DNA of 44,559 bases from Candidatus Limnocylindria bacterium (lineage in GTDB: Bacteria > Chloroflexota > Limnocylindria > Limnocylindrales > CSP1-4). Location of the stretch: the NCBI GenBank assembly GCA_041482475.1, contig JBGPDX010000002.1, positions 1 to 44,559 on the forward strand. The letters are read 5' to 3'. Positions 19,525 to 29,439 of the stretch are shown here, piece by piece. Below the pieces are notes generated by a model. It had not been told where the DNA came from, ran no database searches, and saw only the letters and a program-made list of their open reading frames with translations. A program made the translations under genes and the position numbers. Each line of letters opens with the position of its first letter. The stretch's first letter is position 1.

Positions 19525-20249
19525 CGGCCGGCCAACCCGGTGAGCCCGCCGACGAGGCTGGCCGGCCGTCCCTGGGAAGTCCACCGGAAGCGCCGCTCGA
19601 GCCAGGCCTGGACGACCATGAAGACGCTGACGATGACCAGGTAGTAGATCGCGGCGGCGGCGTAGAACTCGGCGAACCTGAAGGTGGTGGAGATGCTCTG
19701 CTGGGTGTAGGTCAGGAGCTCCTGCAGCGAGATGGCACTGGCCAGGCTCGTGATCTTCAGCATCGTGATGAACTCGTTCGCCGTCGGCGGGATGATGACC
19801 CGGATGAGCTGCGGCAGGGTGACCCGGCGGAACACGCTCAACGGCGACATCCCGAGGGCTCTGCCCGCCAGCTTCTGGCCTTCGTCGATGGCCAGCAATC
19901 CGCCACGGACGATCTCCGCCATGTAGGCGCCCTCGTTCATCGACAGCGCCACCCACGCGGCGAGGAAGGGGCTGAACCACTCCTCGCGCAGGGCCGGGAA
20001 CAGCTGCGGCAGGGCGTTCCAGACGAACAGCAGCTGGACGAGGGTCGGGATGGCCCGGAAGATCCAGACGTAGGTCCAGCTGGCGCTTCGCAGCGCACGG
20101 AGGCGGCTCTCGCGCATCACCGCCAGGACGAGCCCGATGCCGACGGCCGTCAGTTGCGAGACGGCCGTCAGCGCGATCGCCGTCAGCGCGCCCTGCCGGA
20201 AGTTCGCCGAGGTCAGGGCGTCGAGGAAGACCTGCGGGTCGAAGTTCAC
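19521..20249 (-). CDS. Polar amino acid ABC transporter permease
   Basis: The 242-aa protein belongs to the His/Glu/Gln/Arg-opine permease family by pattern, including the EAA-like loop (IDEGQKLAGRALGMSPLSVFRRVTLPQ). Confidence 0.9.
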   Translation of the reverse strand: MNFDPQVFLDALTSANFRQGALTAIALTAVSQLTAVGIGLVLAVMRESRLRALRSASWTYVWIFRAIPTLVQLLFVWNALPQLFPALREEWFSPFLAAWVALSMNEGAYMAEIVRGGLLAIDEGQKLAGRALGMSPLSVFRRVTLPQLIRVIIPPTANEFITMLKITSLASAISLQELLTYTQQSISTTFRFAEFYAAAAIYYLVIVSVFMVVQAWLERRFRWTSQGRPASLVGGLTGLAGR

Positions 20250-20270
20250 CGACCGAGCGCCGCCGAGCGG

Positions 20271-21173
20271 CTACTGGATGGCGTCGAGGTTGGCCGGATC
20301 CAGGTTGTACTTGGTGGCGATGCCGGCCAGGGTGCCGTCGTCCTTGAGCGCCTTGAGCGCCGCCGACAACGCGGCTCCCACGTCCGTCTTGCCCTTGCCG
20401 AAATAGATGCCGTACTTGAAATCGCCGGGAACCGTGAACGCGATGTCGTACTTGCCGGGGTTCTTGAGCCGGAAATCGGCGACGGCGGTGTCCGTCTCCC
20501 AGACCGCGTCAACCCGGCCGATGACGATCTGCTGGAGCTCGTCCGGGACCTTTGCGTAGCCCTGCACCTTGATGGCCGGTTGACCCGCCGCGGTGCACTT
20601 GTCGCTGGCCGCCTTGGACGCTTCCCCGACGAGACCGCCCGCCTGGATCGAGATGGTTTTCCCGCACAGGTCCATCTCGGACTTGATGTTCTTTGGATTG
20701 CCGGCCGGGACCATGACCTGGTGGCTCGACTTGAAGTACGGCACGGCGTCGGCAACCTTGAGGCGCGTGTCGTTGATGTAGAGGGCGGTCCAGACGATGT
20801 CGCAGCGGCCCGCCTGGAGGGCAGGGATCAAGCCTTCGAAGGCGGTGTTGACGATCTTGCCCGTGAGCCCGAGCTTCTTGACCACCGCCTGATACGACTC
20901 GACGTCGAAGCCGACCGGCGTATTGGGATCGGTCGGCTGGAAGAACTCCATCGGCGAGTACTCGATGTCGACACAGTCCGACAGCTCGCCCGCCTTGATC
21001 AGCGAAGTGGGCGCGGCGATCGCCGACGGGCTGGGAGCCGTGCTGGCCGGGGCGCTTGGCGGCGCAGAGGCGGCCGTCGACGGCGAGCTCGTCGCCGGGG
21101 CGGCGGCGCTCGAGCAGCCGACGATCAGCGCCGCACAGCAGATCAGCGCAGGCAGCTTGACGGTGGTCCTCAC
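20271..21173 (-). CDS. Polar amino acid ABC transporter substrate-binding lipoprotein
   Basis: I trimmed ORF 20271..21749 to the GTG at 21173, with GGAGGAGG 6 nt upstream. It has the signal and lipobox VRTTVKLPALICCAALIVGC followed by a Ser/Ala/Pro linker. The remainder is a type-3 SBP-like domain. Confidence 0.88.
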   Translation of the reverse strand: MRTTVKLPALICCAALIVGCSSAAAPATSSPSTAASAPPSAPASTAPSPSAIAAPTSLIKAGELSDCVDIEYSPMEFFQPTDPNTPVGFDVESYQAVVKKLGLTGKIVNTAFEGLIPALQAGRCDIVWTALYINDTRLKVADAVPYFKSSHQVMVPAGNPKNIKSEMDLCGKTISIQAGGLVGEASKAASDKCTAAGQPAIKVQGYAKVPDELQQIVIGRVDAVWETDTAVADFRLKNPGKYDIAFTVPGDFKYGIYFGKGKTDVGAALSAALKALKDDGTLAGIATKYNLDPANLDAIQ

Positions 21174-21315
21174 GACTATCCTCCTCCGTGCCTCGACGCG
21201 GCCGCGTGGCCGTCCCGCAGGACGTCGGCCTCCCCGCGCCGGCGACATCGCCGACACTTGTATCACCTTTGCGCGGCTGCGCAAGCCTCGACTCGCCGAC
21301 CCGGAGGAGCCATTC

Positions 21316-22959
21316 ATGACCGTCGCGGGACCGGCGCTCGTCCTCGCCGGCGGCCAGATCATGACCTGCGACCCGCGCCGACCCGACCCCGAGGCGGTCG
21401 GCGTCCGGGACGGCTGGATCGTGGCCGTCGGCCCGGCGACGGAGGTGCGGGCCGCGACCGGAGCCGGCGCCGGGGAGATCGACCTCGCCGGGGCGACGCT
21501 CGTCCCGGGCTTCATCGACGCACACAACCACTTCCTGGCGACGGCCGAGTCCTTCTCGGCCATCGACGCCCGCGACCCGTCGGTCCACTCGACCGCCGAC
21601 CTGATGGTGCTCGTCGACGCGGCCGCCGAACGCACCGAGCCGGGTCGCTGGGTGCGCGGCTTCGGGATGGACTTCACCCGCTTCGAGGACGGCCGGCCGC
21701 CGACGAGGTGGGACCTCGACAAAGTGACGACCGAGCATCCGGTCGTCATCCTCCATGTCTCCGGGCACTACGCCCTGGTGAACTCGCGGGCCCTCGAGGC
21801 GCGCGGCATCGGGGACGACGTCCGCGACCCGGTCGGCGGATCGTTCGAGCGGGACGAGGGCGGCCGGCCGACGGGCCTGCTCCGCGACACGGCGACGAAC
21901 CTCGTGCTCCAGCTGTCGGTCGACATCGGCAACCACGGCCCGAACTTCCACACGGCGGTTCCACTTGACGACATGGTCGCGCTGCTCGACGAGGGGTCGT
22001 CGCGCTATCTCGCCGCGGGCCTGACGACGATCTGCGATCCGCAGGTGACGTCACGCGAGCTGACGGCGTACCGCGAGGCTCGCAAGCGCGGGGCGCTGCG
22101 GGTCCGCACGGCGTGCTTGCCGCTGTCGTCGCAGCTCGACGGCTACGAGGCCATCGGACTGGCCGGGCCATTCGGCGATGACCGACTGCGGATTGCCGGC
22201 ATGAAGTTCTACACGGACGGCGCGATCACCGGTGGGACCGCGGTCTTCGGCCGCCCGATCGGCGCGCGTGGGCAGTATCCCGGGACGCTCTACCACGAGC
22301 CCCCGGAGCTGCGCGATCTGCTCGTTCGAGCCGCGCGATCCGGCTGGCAGCTGGCGATCCACACGATGGGCGACCGGGCGATGGGAATCATGCTCGACGG
22401 GGTTGAAGCGGCTCGCGCGCGATCCGACGGCGACCATCGCGATCGGATCGAGCATTGCACCTGGCCGACGCCGGAGCAGATCGGCCGGATCGCTCGCCTC
22501 GGGATGATCCCGGTGACGCAGCCCGGCTCGATCCGCGAGCTCGGCGACATCTGGCGCGAGCAGCTGGGCGCCCGCATCGAGCGGGCGAACCCGCTGCGCG
22601 AAGAGATCGAGGCGGGCATTCCGATCGTCATCAGCAGCGACGCCTTCGTCCAGAGCTACCGCCCGCTCGACACGATCGGTGCGGCGATGCGTCGCGTCAC
22701 CCCGTCCGGTGTCCACGTCGGGGCGGACCAGGAGCTGACCCTCGATGAGGCCCTCGCAGCGCACACGATCAACGCCGCCCGCGCCCTGCGGATGGAGGAC
22801 CGCCTCGGATCGATCGAGCCCGGCAAGCGGGCCGACCTCGTCGTGCTCGAAGGCGACCTTCGCGCGACGCCGGCGGAATCGCTGGGCAAGCTGGGAATCC
22901 GGATGACGATCCTCGACGGCGAGGTCGTCCACGGGGCGCCGATCGGGGCGCGCCGCTAG
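21316..22959 (+). CDS. Metal-dependent amidohydrolase (Amidohydro_3 / YtcJ-like)
   Basis: I trimmed ORF 20923..22959 to the ATG at 21316, with the SD GGAGGAG at 21303..21309. Supporting motifs are PGFIDAHNHF, HTMGDRA, IEHC and ISSDAF. The product is 547 aa. It is divergent from the ABC operon. Confidence 0.85.
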   Translation: MTVAGPALVLAGGQIMTCDPRRPDPEAVGVRDGWIVAVGPATEVRAATGAGAGEIDLAGATLVPGFIDAHNHFLATAESFSAIDARDPSVHSTADLMVLVDAAAERTEPGRWVRGFGMDFTRFEDGRPPTRWDLDKVTTEHPVVILHVSGHYALVNSRALEARGIGDDVRDPVGGSFERDEGGRPTGLLRDTATNLVLQLSVDIGNHGPNFHTAVPLDDMVALLDEGSSRYLAAGLTTICDPQVTSRELTAYREARKRGALRVRTACLPLSSQLDGYEAIGLAGPFGDDRLRIAGMKFYTDGAITGGTAVFGRPIGARGQYPGTLYHEPPELRDLLVRAARSGWQLAIHTMGDRAMGIMLDGVEAARARSDGDHRDRIEHCTWPTPEQIGRIARLGMIPVTQPGSIRELGDIWREQLGARIERANPLREEIEAGIPIVISSDAFVQSYRPLDTIGAAMRRVTPSGVHVGADQELTLDEALAAHTINAARALRMEDRLGSIEPGKRADLVVLEGDLRATPAESLGKLGIRMTILDGEVVHGAPIGARR

Positions 22960-22972
22960 CCGATCAGGCTCG

Positions 22973-24604
22973 TCAGGTCGGTCGTCGCGCCACGTAGCCC
23001 AGGGCGGCCAGGGCCGTGCGCGCCGCGGCGGCCTCGTCCCACGCCGTCGGTCCGTCGGGGCCCAGGATCGATCGCTCGTGGCCCTTGCCGGCCAGCAGGA
23101 CGACGTCGCCCGGACGCGCGCGCTCGAACGCGGCGTGGATCGCAGCCGCCCGATCCGGGATCAGCAGCAGGTCGTGGCCGCGTCGCCGCCCGACGGCCTC
23201 GGCGCCGGCCGCGATCTCGTCGAGGATCGCCTGGCGGTCCTCGCCGCGGGGGTCCTCGTCGGTGACGACGACCAGCCGCGACCGCTCCCCGGCGATACGG
23301 CCCATCATCGGGCGCTTGGCCGTGTCACGCTCTCCGGCCGACCCGAAGACGGCGATGAGCTCACCGCCACGGGCCGCCGCCGCCGGCGCGAGGAGCTCCA
23401 GGACGGTCTGCAGCGACGCCGGACTGTGGGCGTAGTCGACGACCACGGCGAACGGCTGGCCGGCCTCGATCCGCTCCATCCGGCCGGGCACGCCGGTCAC
23501 GCCTTCGAGCCCACGACGCACCGCGGCTGGATCGAGCCCGATCGCCTCGCCCAGCGCGACGACGGCGAGCGCGTTGTAGACGTTGAAGCGACCGGCCAGC
23601 CGCAGATCGAGCGCCGCCGTCGTCCCGCCCGGCGCGGCGTACTCGACGTGGAGCCGCTTCGCGTCCTCCTCGACACGCGTCGCCCGGATGTCGGCGGCCG
23701 GATCCGTGCCGTAGGTCACGATGCGCGCTCCCGCCTCCTGCGCGACGCCGGCGAACAGGCCGGCGGACGGGTCGTCGGCGTTGACGATGGCGCTCTTCGG
23801 CCAGCGTTTGCGCGGGTTGGACGCGCTTTCCCGGAGCCGCTCGAAGAGCGACAGCTTGGCGTCGCGGTACGCCTCCCACGTCCGGTGGAGCTCCAGGTGC
23901 TCATGGGTCAGGTTCGTCAGGATCGCCGCGTCGTAGGCGATTCCGCCAACCCGTTCCAGGGCGAGGCCGTGCGACGTCGACTCGACGACCGCTGCCGTGT
24001 TGCCCGCCGCGACCATCGCTCGCAGGGCCGCCTGGAGGATGGGCGCCTCCGGCGTCGTCGCGTGTTCGGCATTCGATTCGCGCACGTCGCCGATCTTCGT
24101 GTCGACCGTGCCGACGAGCCCGGTCGACACGCCGGCCGCTTCGAGCGCGGCGACGGCGAGGAACGACGTCGTCGTCTTGCCGTCCGTGCCGGTGATCCCG
24201 ATCACGCCGAGCTCCCGGCTGGGATCGCCGTACCACCAGCCGGCCGCCGAGGCGAGTGCCGGCCGACTGCGCTCGACGACGATCTGCGGCAGCGTCGCCT
24301 GCGCCAGCGGCCGCTCGACGATGACCGCCGACGCGCCCGCGGCGGCCGCCGCTTCGACGAAGTCGTGGCCGTCGACGTGCGCGCCAGGCACGGCCACGAA
24401 CAGGTTGCCGGGTCGAACCTGTCGCGAATCGAAGGCCACGCCGCGGACGTCGAGCCCCGACAGCGCCGCGGGCCCGATCGCGCGGCCCCTGTCGCGGGCG
24501 CCACGCAGGCGTCGCTCGTGTTCGAGGCGCTCGATCAACGCGCCCAACGGCTTCGGCTGGTGCGGCTCCGCCGCCGCCAGCAGCGTGGCGATTGTCGGGC
24601 TCAT
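22973..24604 (-). CDS. murE: UDP-N-acetylmuramoyl-tripeptide synthetase MurE (third-position amino acid uncertain)
   Basis: I trimmed ORF 22973..25033 to the ATG at 24604 (MSPTIATLL), which overlaps the upstream stop (ATGA). The Mur ligase P-loop GITGTDGKTT and the AGKGHE motif are present. The specificity motif reads DEDPR (23246..23260) rather than the canonical DNPR. Confidence 0.93.
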   Translation of the reverse strand: MSPTIATLLAAAEPHQPKPLGALIERLEHERRLRGARDRGRAIGPAALSGLDVRGVAFDSRQVRPGNLFVAVPGAHVDGHDFVEAAAAAGASAVIVERPLAQATLPQIVVERSRPALASAAGWWYGDPSRELGVIGITGTDGKTTTSFLAVAALEAAGVSTGLVGTVDTKIGDVRESNAEHATTPEAPILQAALRAMVAAGNTAAVVESTSHGLALERVGGIAYDAAILTNLTHEHLELHRTWEAYRDAKLSLFERLRESASNPRKRWPKSAIVNADDPSAGLFAGVAQEAGARIVTYGTDPAADIRATRVEEDAKRLHVEYAAPGGTTAALDLRLAGRFNVYNALAVVALGEAIGLDPAAVRRGLEGVTGVPGRMERIEAGQPFAVVVDYAHSPASLQTVLELLAPAAAARGGELIAVFGSAGERDTAKRPMMGRIAGERSRLVVVTDEDPRGEDRQAILDEIAAGAEAVGRRRGHDLLLIPDRAAAIHAAFERARPGDVVLLAGKGHERSILGPDGPTAWDEAAAARTALAALGYVARRPT

Positions 24605-25731
24605 CGCCCGCCGAGCGGGACGAGCCGGCGGGCCCGGGCGACGATCCGCCCCACGCGATAGCGATTCGGGCGGATCACCCGCTCGTGCGCCCCGGCCAGC
24701 TCGAGCCACTGTCCGCCGAACGACAGCTTGTGCTGATAGAGGCCGTGCATCGGTTCGTCCTCGCGCGGTTCGCGACGAGCGCCCGGCAGGTCGACCCCGC
24801 CGAGGTCCATCTCCGAGCATCCCTCGCGGATCGCCAGCTGGATGGCCCGCCAGCGGAGCAGGTGCTGCGCGCCCGGGTGTGTCTCCCGACTCCCGGCGCG
24901 ATCGCCAGAGTGAACGGTCGACAACCGGCCGCCGTGACGGTAGAGCACGAGGCCGGCCAGTGGCTCGCCCGACGCATCGCCGACGCGCGCCTCGAGGTAG
25001 ACCAGGTGACCGGCGGCCAGGGCCTTCCGCCACCAGCCCACGAAGTCCTGCCGTGGCCCGAACGAGAAATCGCGCCGCTCGCCCGTCTCAAGCAGCAGGT
25101 CATAGAACCGGTCGAGCGCATTGGCGGAAGGTTCGACGGGAGCGGCGAACCCGTCCACTGACCCTTCCGGGCCCGCCGCCCGCCGGTCGTGGCGGACGAC
25201 GGCGACGCCCTGCTTCTCCGCCTTCCGGATCCGCTGGCGGGTCGACCTGGCGATCCCTTTGAAGGCGCCGTCCTCGTCCGCTCCTGCGCCGAGCGGCAAC
25301 GTCAGCCGGTGCCGGGATGGCTGGATCTCCTCGATCGCGCGGTAGCCGGCGCGGCGCAACCAGGCGAGCCATACGCGGTCGTCGGCGCGCACCTCCGGAT
25401 CGACCGCAACGACGTCGACGCCCTCGCCCGCCAGTGCCCTGGTCGCCGCCCACAGCGTCGAACCCAGCTCGTCACTGCCGACCACGGGGACGGGACCGCG
25501 CGGGACGTAGGCGCTCGAGCCGCCCAGCAGCGGCCACGGCCGCGTCACGGCGAGGATCCGCAGGCTGCCGATCGAGACGAACACCGGCCGCCAGCCATCC
25601 GCGCGACACTGCTCCGCCCAGGCCCTCGACTGGTAGACATGGCCGCCCGGTCGGTCGACCGCGAGGGCGTCCCAATCGGCCGACGGCTCCGTGGCGACGG
25701 TCGCCGCTTCGGTCACCCTCGCGTCGGTCAT
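24601..25731 (-). CDS. FemAB-family peptidoglycan interpeptide aminoacyltransferase (FemX-like), copy 2
   Basis: I trimmed ORF 24601..26400 to the ATG at 25731 (ATGA overlap). The 376-aa protein starts with the Fem-type N-terminus ADWDALAVDRPGGHVYQSRAWAE. Its C-terminal half (GAQHLLRWRAIQLAIREGCSEMDLGG...GLYQHKLSFGG) is typical of the family. Confidence 0.85.
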   Translation of the reverse strand: MTDARVTEAATVATEPSADWDALAVDRPGGHVYQSRAWAEQCRADGWRPVFVSIGSLRILAVTRPWPLLGGSSAYVPRGPVPVVGSDELGSTLWAATRALAGEGVDVVAVDPEVRADDRVWLAWLRRAGYRAIEEIQPSRHRLTLPLGAGADEDGAFKGIARSTRQRIRKAEKQGVAVVRHDRRAAGPEGSVDGFAAPVEPSANALDRFYDLLLETGERRDFSFGPRQDFVGWWRKALAAGHLVYLEARVGDASGEPLAGLVLYRHGGRLSTVHSGDRAGSRETHPGAQHLLRWRAIQLAIREGCSEMDLGGVDLPGARREPREDEPMHGLYQHKLSFGGQWLELAGAHERVIRPNRYRVGRIVARARRLVPLGGR

Positions 25732-26849
25732 CCGGCGTCGCCACCGAATGCCGCCGCGTTGCCGCCCGTGGACAGGCCGTGCCGGCGGCGCGCCAACCAG
25801 ACCCGGCCACGCTGCGCCGTCTCGTAGGTCAGCCGGCCGAGCGGGTCGAGGACGAGGTCCCACGCTCCGATGTAGTGGATCTCGCGGCCGCCGAAGCCGG
25901 TCTTGAAATGGGCGATCCCGCCGGTCGCCAGGCCCCACAGGTCGTAGCTCGTCGCGCCTCGCGCCTTCGAGCTGCGGATGGCCTCCCACTTGAGGAGATA
26001 GTTGGCCCGGCTCTCCGCGCCAGCCGCGGTCATCCCGCCATACGGCTCGACGACGCGTGGTCCACAGCGGACGAGGAAGAGCGTCGCCTGGGCCTCGCCA
26101 TCGCGAGTCTCGGCGAAGAGCAGCCGGGCATTGCCGGCCGGTCGAAAGGCCTCCCAGACGTCGCGGTAGGCCTGTTCGGTGCGGATGAGGAACCCCGCGC
26201 GCCGCGCCGTCTCGCGATAGATCCGGTAGAAGTCGCCGAGCCGGTCGCCCTCCGCGTCGACGACCCGGATAGCGGCCTTCTTCGCCCGGTTGACGTATTG
26301 CCGCCACTTCTTGCGCAGGTCGGCCTGAAGGGTCTCCTCGTCGGCACGGAGGTCGATGATCCGGGTCGAGTCCGGCTGGATGGGCGGCGCCGCCCGCCAC
26401 CCGGCACGGCGCAGGGCCTGCCGAAGCTCCCCGTCGGCGTCATGTGGACCGCCCGCCTCGATCTCGGGATCGATCCTGATATGGGCGACGTGGCCCGCGG
26501 CCGCCGGCAGGTCATGGCGGACGGCGGCCGTGAAGCCCTCGATCGCGGCCGGCGACCAGACGGTGGCCACCGGTCCGCGGGGTGCGTAGGCGAAGCCCCA
26601 CGGCAGCGGCCGCGGCCGCCGGACGAGGACCTGGGCGCCGACCCGGCCGCCCGCCGCCTGGACATCCTGGATCCGCACCGAGGTCCAGCCGTTGACGGCC
26701 TTGACCGCCGCCCAGCCGGACAGCTGGAGATAGGAGCCCGGGTCGGCGGCCGCGACGAAGGCATCCCAGTCGGCGGAATCGGCGGCAGGCGGGGACCCGG
26801 CGTCGGCGGTCTGGGGCCTCGAGCTCCCCGGCGTCGCGGGGGCCGTCAC
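25728..26849 (-). CDS. FemAB-family peptidoglycan interpeptide aminoacyltransferase (FemX-like), copy 1
   Basis: I trimmed ORF 25728..28793 to the GTG at 26849, which overlaps the murJ stop (GTGA). The 373-aa protein contains ADWDAFVAAADPGSYLQLSGWAAVK and RANYLLKWEAIRSSKARGATSYDLWG...GIAHFKTGFGG. It is a paralog of the next gene. Confidence 0.85.
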   Translation of the reverse strand: MTAPATPGSSRPQTADAGSPPAADSADWDAFVAAADPGSYLQLSGWAAVKAVNGWTSVRIQDVQAAGGRVGAQVLVRRPRPLPWGFAYAPRGPVATVWSPAAIEGFTAAVRHDLPAAAGHVAHIRIDPEIEAGGPHDADGELRQALRRAGWRAAPPIQPDSTRIIDLRADEETLQADLRKKWRQYVNRAKKAAIRVVDAEGDRLGDFYRIYRETARRAGFLIRTEQAYRDVWEAFRPAGNARLLFAETRDGEAQATLFLVRCGPRVVEPYGGMTAAGAESRANYLLKWEAIRSSKARGATSYDLWGLATGGIAHFKTGFGGREIHYIGAWDLVLDPLGRLTYETAQRGRVWLARRRHGLSTGGNAAAFGGDAG

Positions 26850-28417
26850 GACCGGCGCCTGGCCCCGCGGCGGACGAGGTCGGCCATGACGCCGACGATA
26901 GTCGGCAGTTCCGGGATCCGCAAGACGAGGCTGACGGCCAGGTAGACGAGCCCGAATGCCGCCCCGACGAGCAGCCCCTCGACGGTCAGCGGGAGGCGCC
27001 CCGGCGTACGACCGACGAGCCCCTCGATCGCGTTCAGGACGGTGAGCCCGATGGCCGCGGCGACCGCCGTCCCGAGGGCGGCCTCGACGCCGACGCGTCC
27101 GAGGCCGGCCAGGCCCAGGCCCGGCAGGCGGCGCTTGAGCAACCACACGAGGACGACCGTTTCGACCCATGCGGCGACGGCGATCGCGAGGGCCAGGCCC
27201 GGCAGGCCGAGCGGCCCGACGAAGAGGAAGGCGAGGCTCGAGTTGATCACGACGGCGAGGATCGCCGCCGCCACGGGGGTGCGGGTGTCCTGCCGCGCAT
27301 AGAAGGCCCGCGCCAGGACCGCGATCAGGGCGTGCGCGGCGACGCCGACGAGGAAGAAGAGCAGCGTGCTCGCCGTCTGATCGACGGCCCTGGCGTCGAA
27401 GGCCGGGAAGAGGACGGCGACGACCGGCCGGCGAAGGATGGCCAGCAGGGCTCCGATCGGCAGCATCGTGTAAATGAGCAGCCGGAGGGCGCGCGTCAGC
27501 AACGACACGTACTCGGCCACGTTGCCGAGGGCGACCTCGCGCGACAACGACGGAAACACGACCGTTCCCAGGGGCACACCGATGACGCCGATCGGGATCT
27601 GCAGCAGGGTGAAAGCGACGTTGTAGGCGGTGATGGCGCCCGTGCCCAGGTTCGATGCGAGCGACGTCATGACGACAAACGTCACCTGCCCCGCGCCAAG
27701 GCCCAGCGCCCGCGGGGCCATCAGGCGGAGGGCGTTGATGGCCTGGGGATCGGCGGTATCGACGCGCGGGCTGTACCGGTAGCCGAGCCGGCCGACGCTC
27801 CACAGCTGCACGAGCAGGTGGCCAAGCGCTCCGAGGACGACCCCGACGGCGAGGCCTTCGATGCCCAGCGCACGAGAGAGAACCAGCGCCGAGGCGATGA
27901 TCGCGAGGTTGTAGACCACCGGAGCCATGGCGGCGGCCGTGAACCGCCCGGCGGCGTTGAGCACGGTCGTCGCCACGGATCCCAGGGCGAGGAAGATGGG
28001 ACTGAGGAGCATCAGCCGCGTCAGCTCGACGGTCCGGTCGAGCTGCGCCCGGGCGAACCCCGGCGTGATCACGGGCACGACCAGGGGCGCGAGGACGAAC
28101 AGTACGACGGCGACGACGAGCAGGCCGATGAGCATGAGGTTCGTGACCGTCGACACGACCCGCCAGGCGCGGCGCTGCTCGCCGGTCGCCAGCAGCGCCG
28201 CGACGATGGGGATGAGCGCCGAGCCGAGGGCGCCCGCCGCGACGAGCTGGAACATCAGATCCGGAATCCGGAAGGCCGCCAGGAAGCTGTCGAGGTCGGC
28301 TCCGGCGTCGAACGTGTTGGCGATGACGACCAGCCGGACCCAGCCAAGGACGCGCGAGGCGAGGAACGTTGCCGAGACGATGAGCCCTGCACGGGCGAGA
28401 CCTCGCCCGGCGGTCAC
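26846..28417 (-). CDS. murJ: Lipid II flippase MurJ (MviN)
   Basis: The 523-aa protein has about 14 hydrophobic helices and the N-terminus [42 protein letters not shown]. Its GTG start overlaps the xerC stop (GTGA). Confidence 0.92.
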   Translation of the reverse strand: MTAGRGLARAGLIVSATFLASRVLGWVRLVVIANTFDAGADLDSFLAAFRIPDLMFQLVAAGALGSALIPIVAALLATGEQRRAWRVVSTVTNLMLIGLLVVAVVLFVLAPLVVPVITPGFARAQLDRTVELTRLMLLSPIFLALGSVATTVLNAAGRFTAAAMAPVVYNLAIIASALVLSRALGIEGLAVGVVLGALGHLLVQLWSVGRLGYRYSPRVDTADPQAINALRLMAPRALGLGAGQVTFVVMTSLASNLGTGAITAYNVAFTLLQIPIGVIGVPLGTVVFPSLSREVALGNVAEYVSLLTRALRLLIYTMLPIGALLAILRRPVVAVLFPAFDARAVDQTASTLLFFLVGVAAHALIAVLARAFYARQDTRTPVAAAILAVVINSSLAFLFVGPLGLPGLALAIAVAAWVETVVLVWLLKRRLPGLGLAGLGRVGVEAALGTAVAAAIGLTVLNAIEGLVGRTPGRLPLTVEGLLVGAAFGLVYLAVSLVLRIPELPTIVGVMADLVRRGARRRS

Positions 28418-29439
28418 GAGGCGTGATCCGCGGCGGTGTCGACGAGGTCCGTGCGGCGCGCTCGGGGGTGGGCTTCCCGGTACGCCGTTCGAAGGCGTCC
28501 CGGCGAGACGTGCGTGTAGACCTGCGTGGTGGCGAGGCTCTCGTGACCGAGGAGCTCCTGGACGACCCGGAGGTCGGCGCCTCCGTCGAGCAGATGAGTC
28601 GCGAACGAGTGCCGCAGCGTGTGCGGCGACACGCCCGCGGGCAGTCCCGCGGCTCGCCGCAGCCGGTCGAGCCTGAAGCGCAACCCGCGAACGCCCAGCG
28701 ACTCGCCGTGGTGGTTGAGGAACAGCTCGCCGGGCGCGCGCGACGCCGACGCCGCCGCTGCCGGATTGCGGGCCAGGAGCGCCGGCCGGCCATCCTCGAG
28801 CCAGGCCGTCACGGCGGCGACGGCCGGCCGGCCGAGGAGCCCGACTCGCTCCTTCCGGCCTTTGCCGACGACGCGCAGCTCCCCGCGGCGGAGGTCGAGC
28901 GACCCGAGATCCGCGGCAGCCAGCTCGCTGATCCGGAGCCCCGCCGCGTAGGCGACCTCGACGATCGCGCGGTCACGCAGAGCGAGGGCGACGGCGAGCT
29001 CGGCCCGGCCGGGGCCCGGCGTGGCTGCGGCGGCCTTCAGCTGGGCATCGACGACGGCGAGCAGCCGCTCCACCTGCTCGATCTCGAGAACGCGCGGCAG
29101 TCGTCGCGGCAGGCGTGGTGTCGCGATCGCGCCCCAGGGGTCGCCCGGCGCGAGGCCCTCGCGAGCGGCGAAGCGATGGAAGGCCCGGATAGCCGCCAAT
29201 CGCTGGGCGACCGAGCTCCGCGCGACGGAGCCGCCGAGTGCCGCGAGATAGGCGCGCAGCTCGGGGCGCGACGGTGAGCGCCAGTCGATGCCTCGTGCGG
29301 CGAGCCAGTCGAGATACCGTCCGACGGCGGTGCGGTAGGCGCGCTCCGTGTGCGGCGAGGCGTCGCGTGCCGCCAGACCGGCCAGGAATCTGGCAAGCGC
29401 GGCCTCGCGGGGATGATCGCTGCGACGAGCCTCGCTCAC
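28414..29439 (-). CDS. xerC: Tyrosine recombinase XerC/XerD family
   Basis: I trimmed ORF 28414..29643 to the GTG at 29439, which is the only start codon before the conserved N-domain and overlaps the topA stop (GTGA). The catalytic region reads [39 protein letters not shown]. Confidence 0.9.
   Translation of the reverse strand: MSEARRSDHPREAALARFLAGLAARDASPHTERAYRTAVGRYLDWLAARGIDWRSPSRPELRAYLAALGGSVARSSVAQRLAAIRAFHRFAAREGLAPGDPWGAIATPRLPRRLPRVLEIEQVERLLAVVDAQLKAAAATPGPGRAELAVALALRDRAIVEVAYAAGLRISELAAADLGSLDLRRGELRVVGKGRKERVGLLGRPAVAAVTAWLEDGRPALLARNPAAAASASRAPGELFLNHHGESLGVRGLRFRLDRLRRAAGLPAGVSPHTLRHSFATHLLDGGADLRVVQELLGHESLATTQVYTHVSPGRLRTAYREAHPRARRTDLVDTAADHAS

Noticed and set aside
28414-29439. 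A dif-type XerC/D recombination site, or an integrative element, near xerC.
   Set aside because: There is no AT-rich 28-bp dif-like palindrome anywhere in the window. There are no flanking direct repeats, tRNA gene or phage/IS genes. xerC is embedded in a housekeeping operon.
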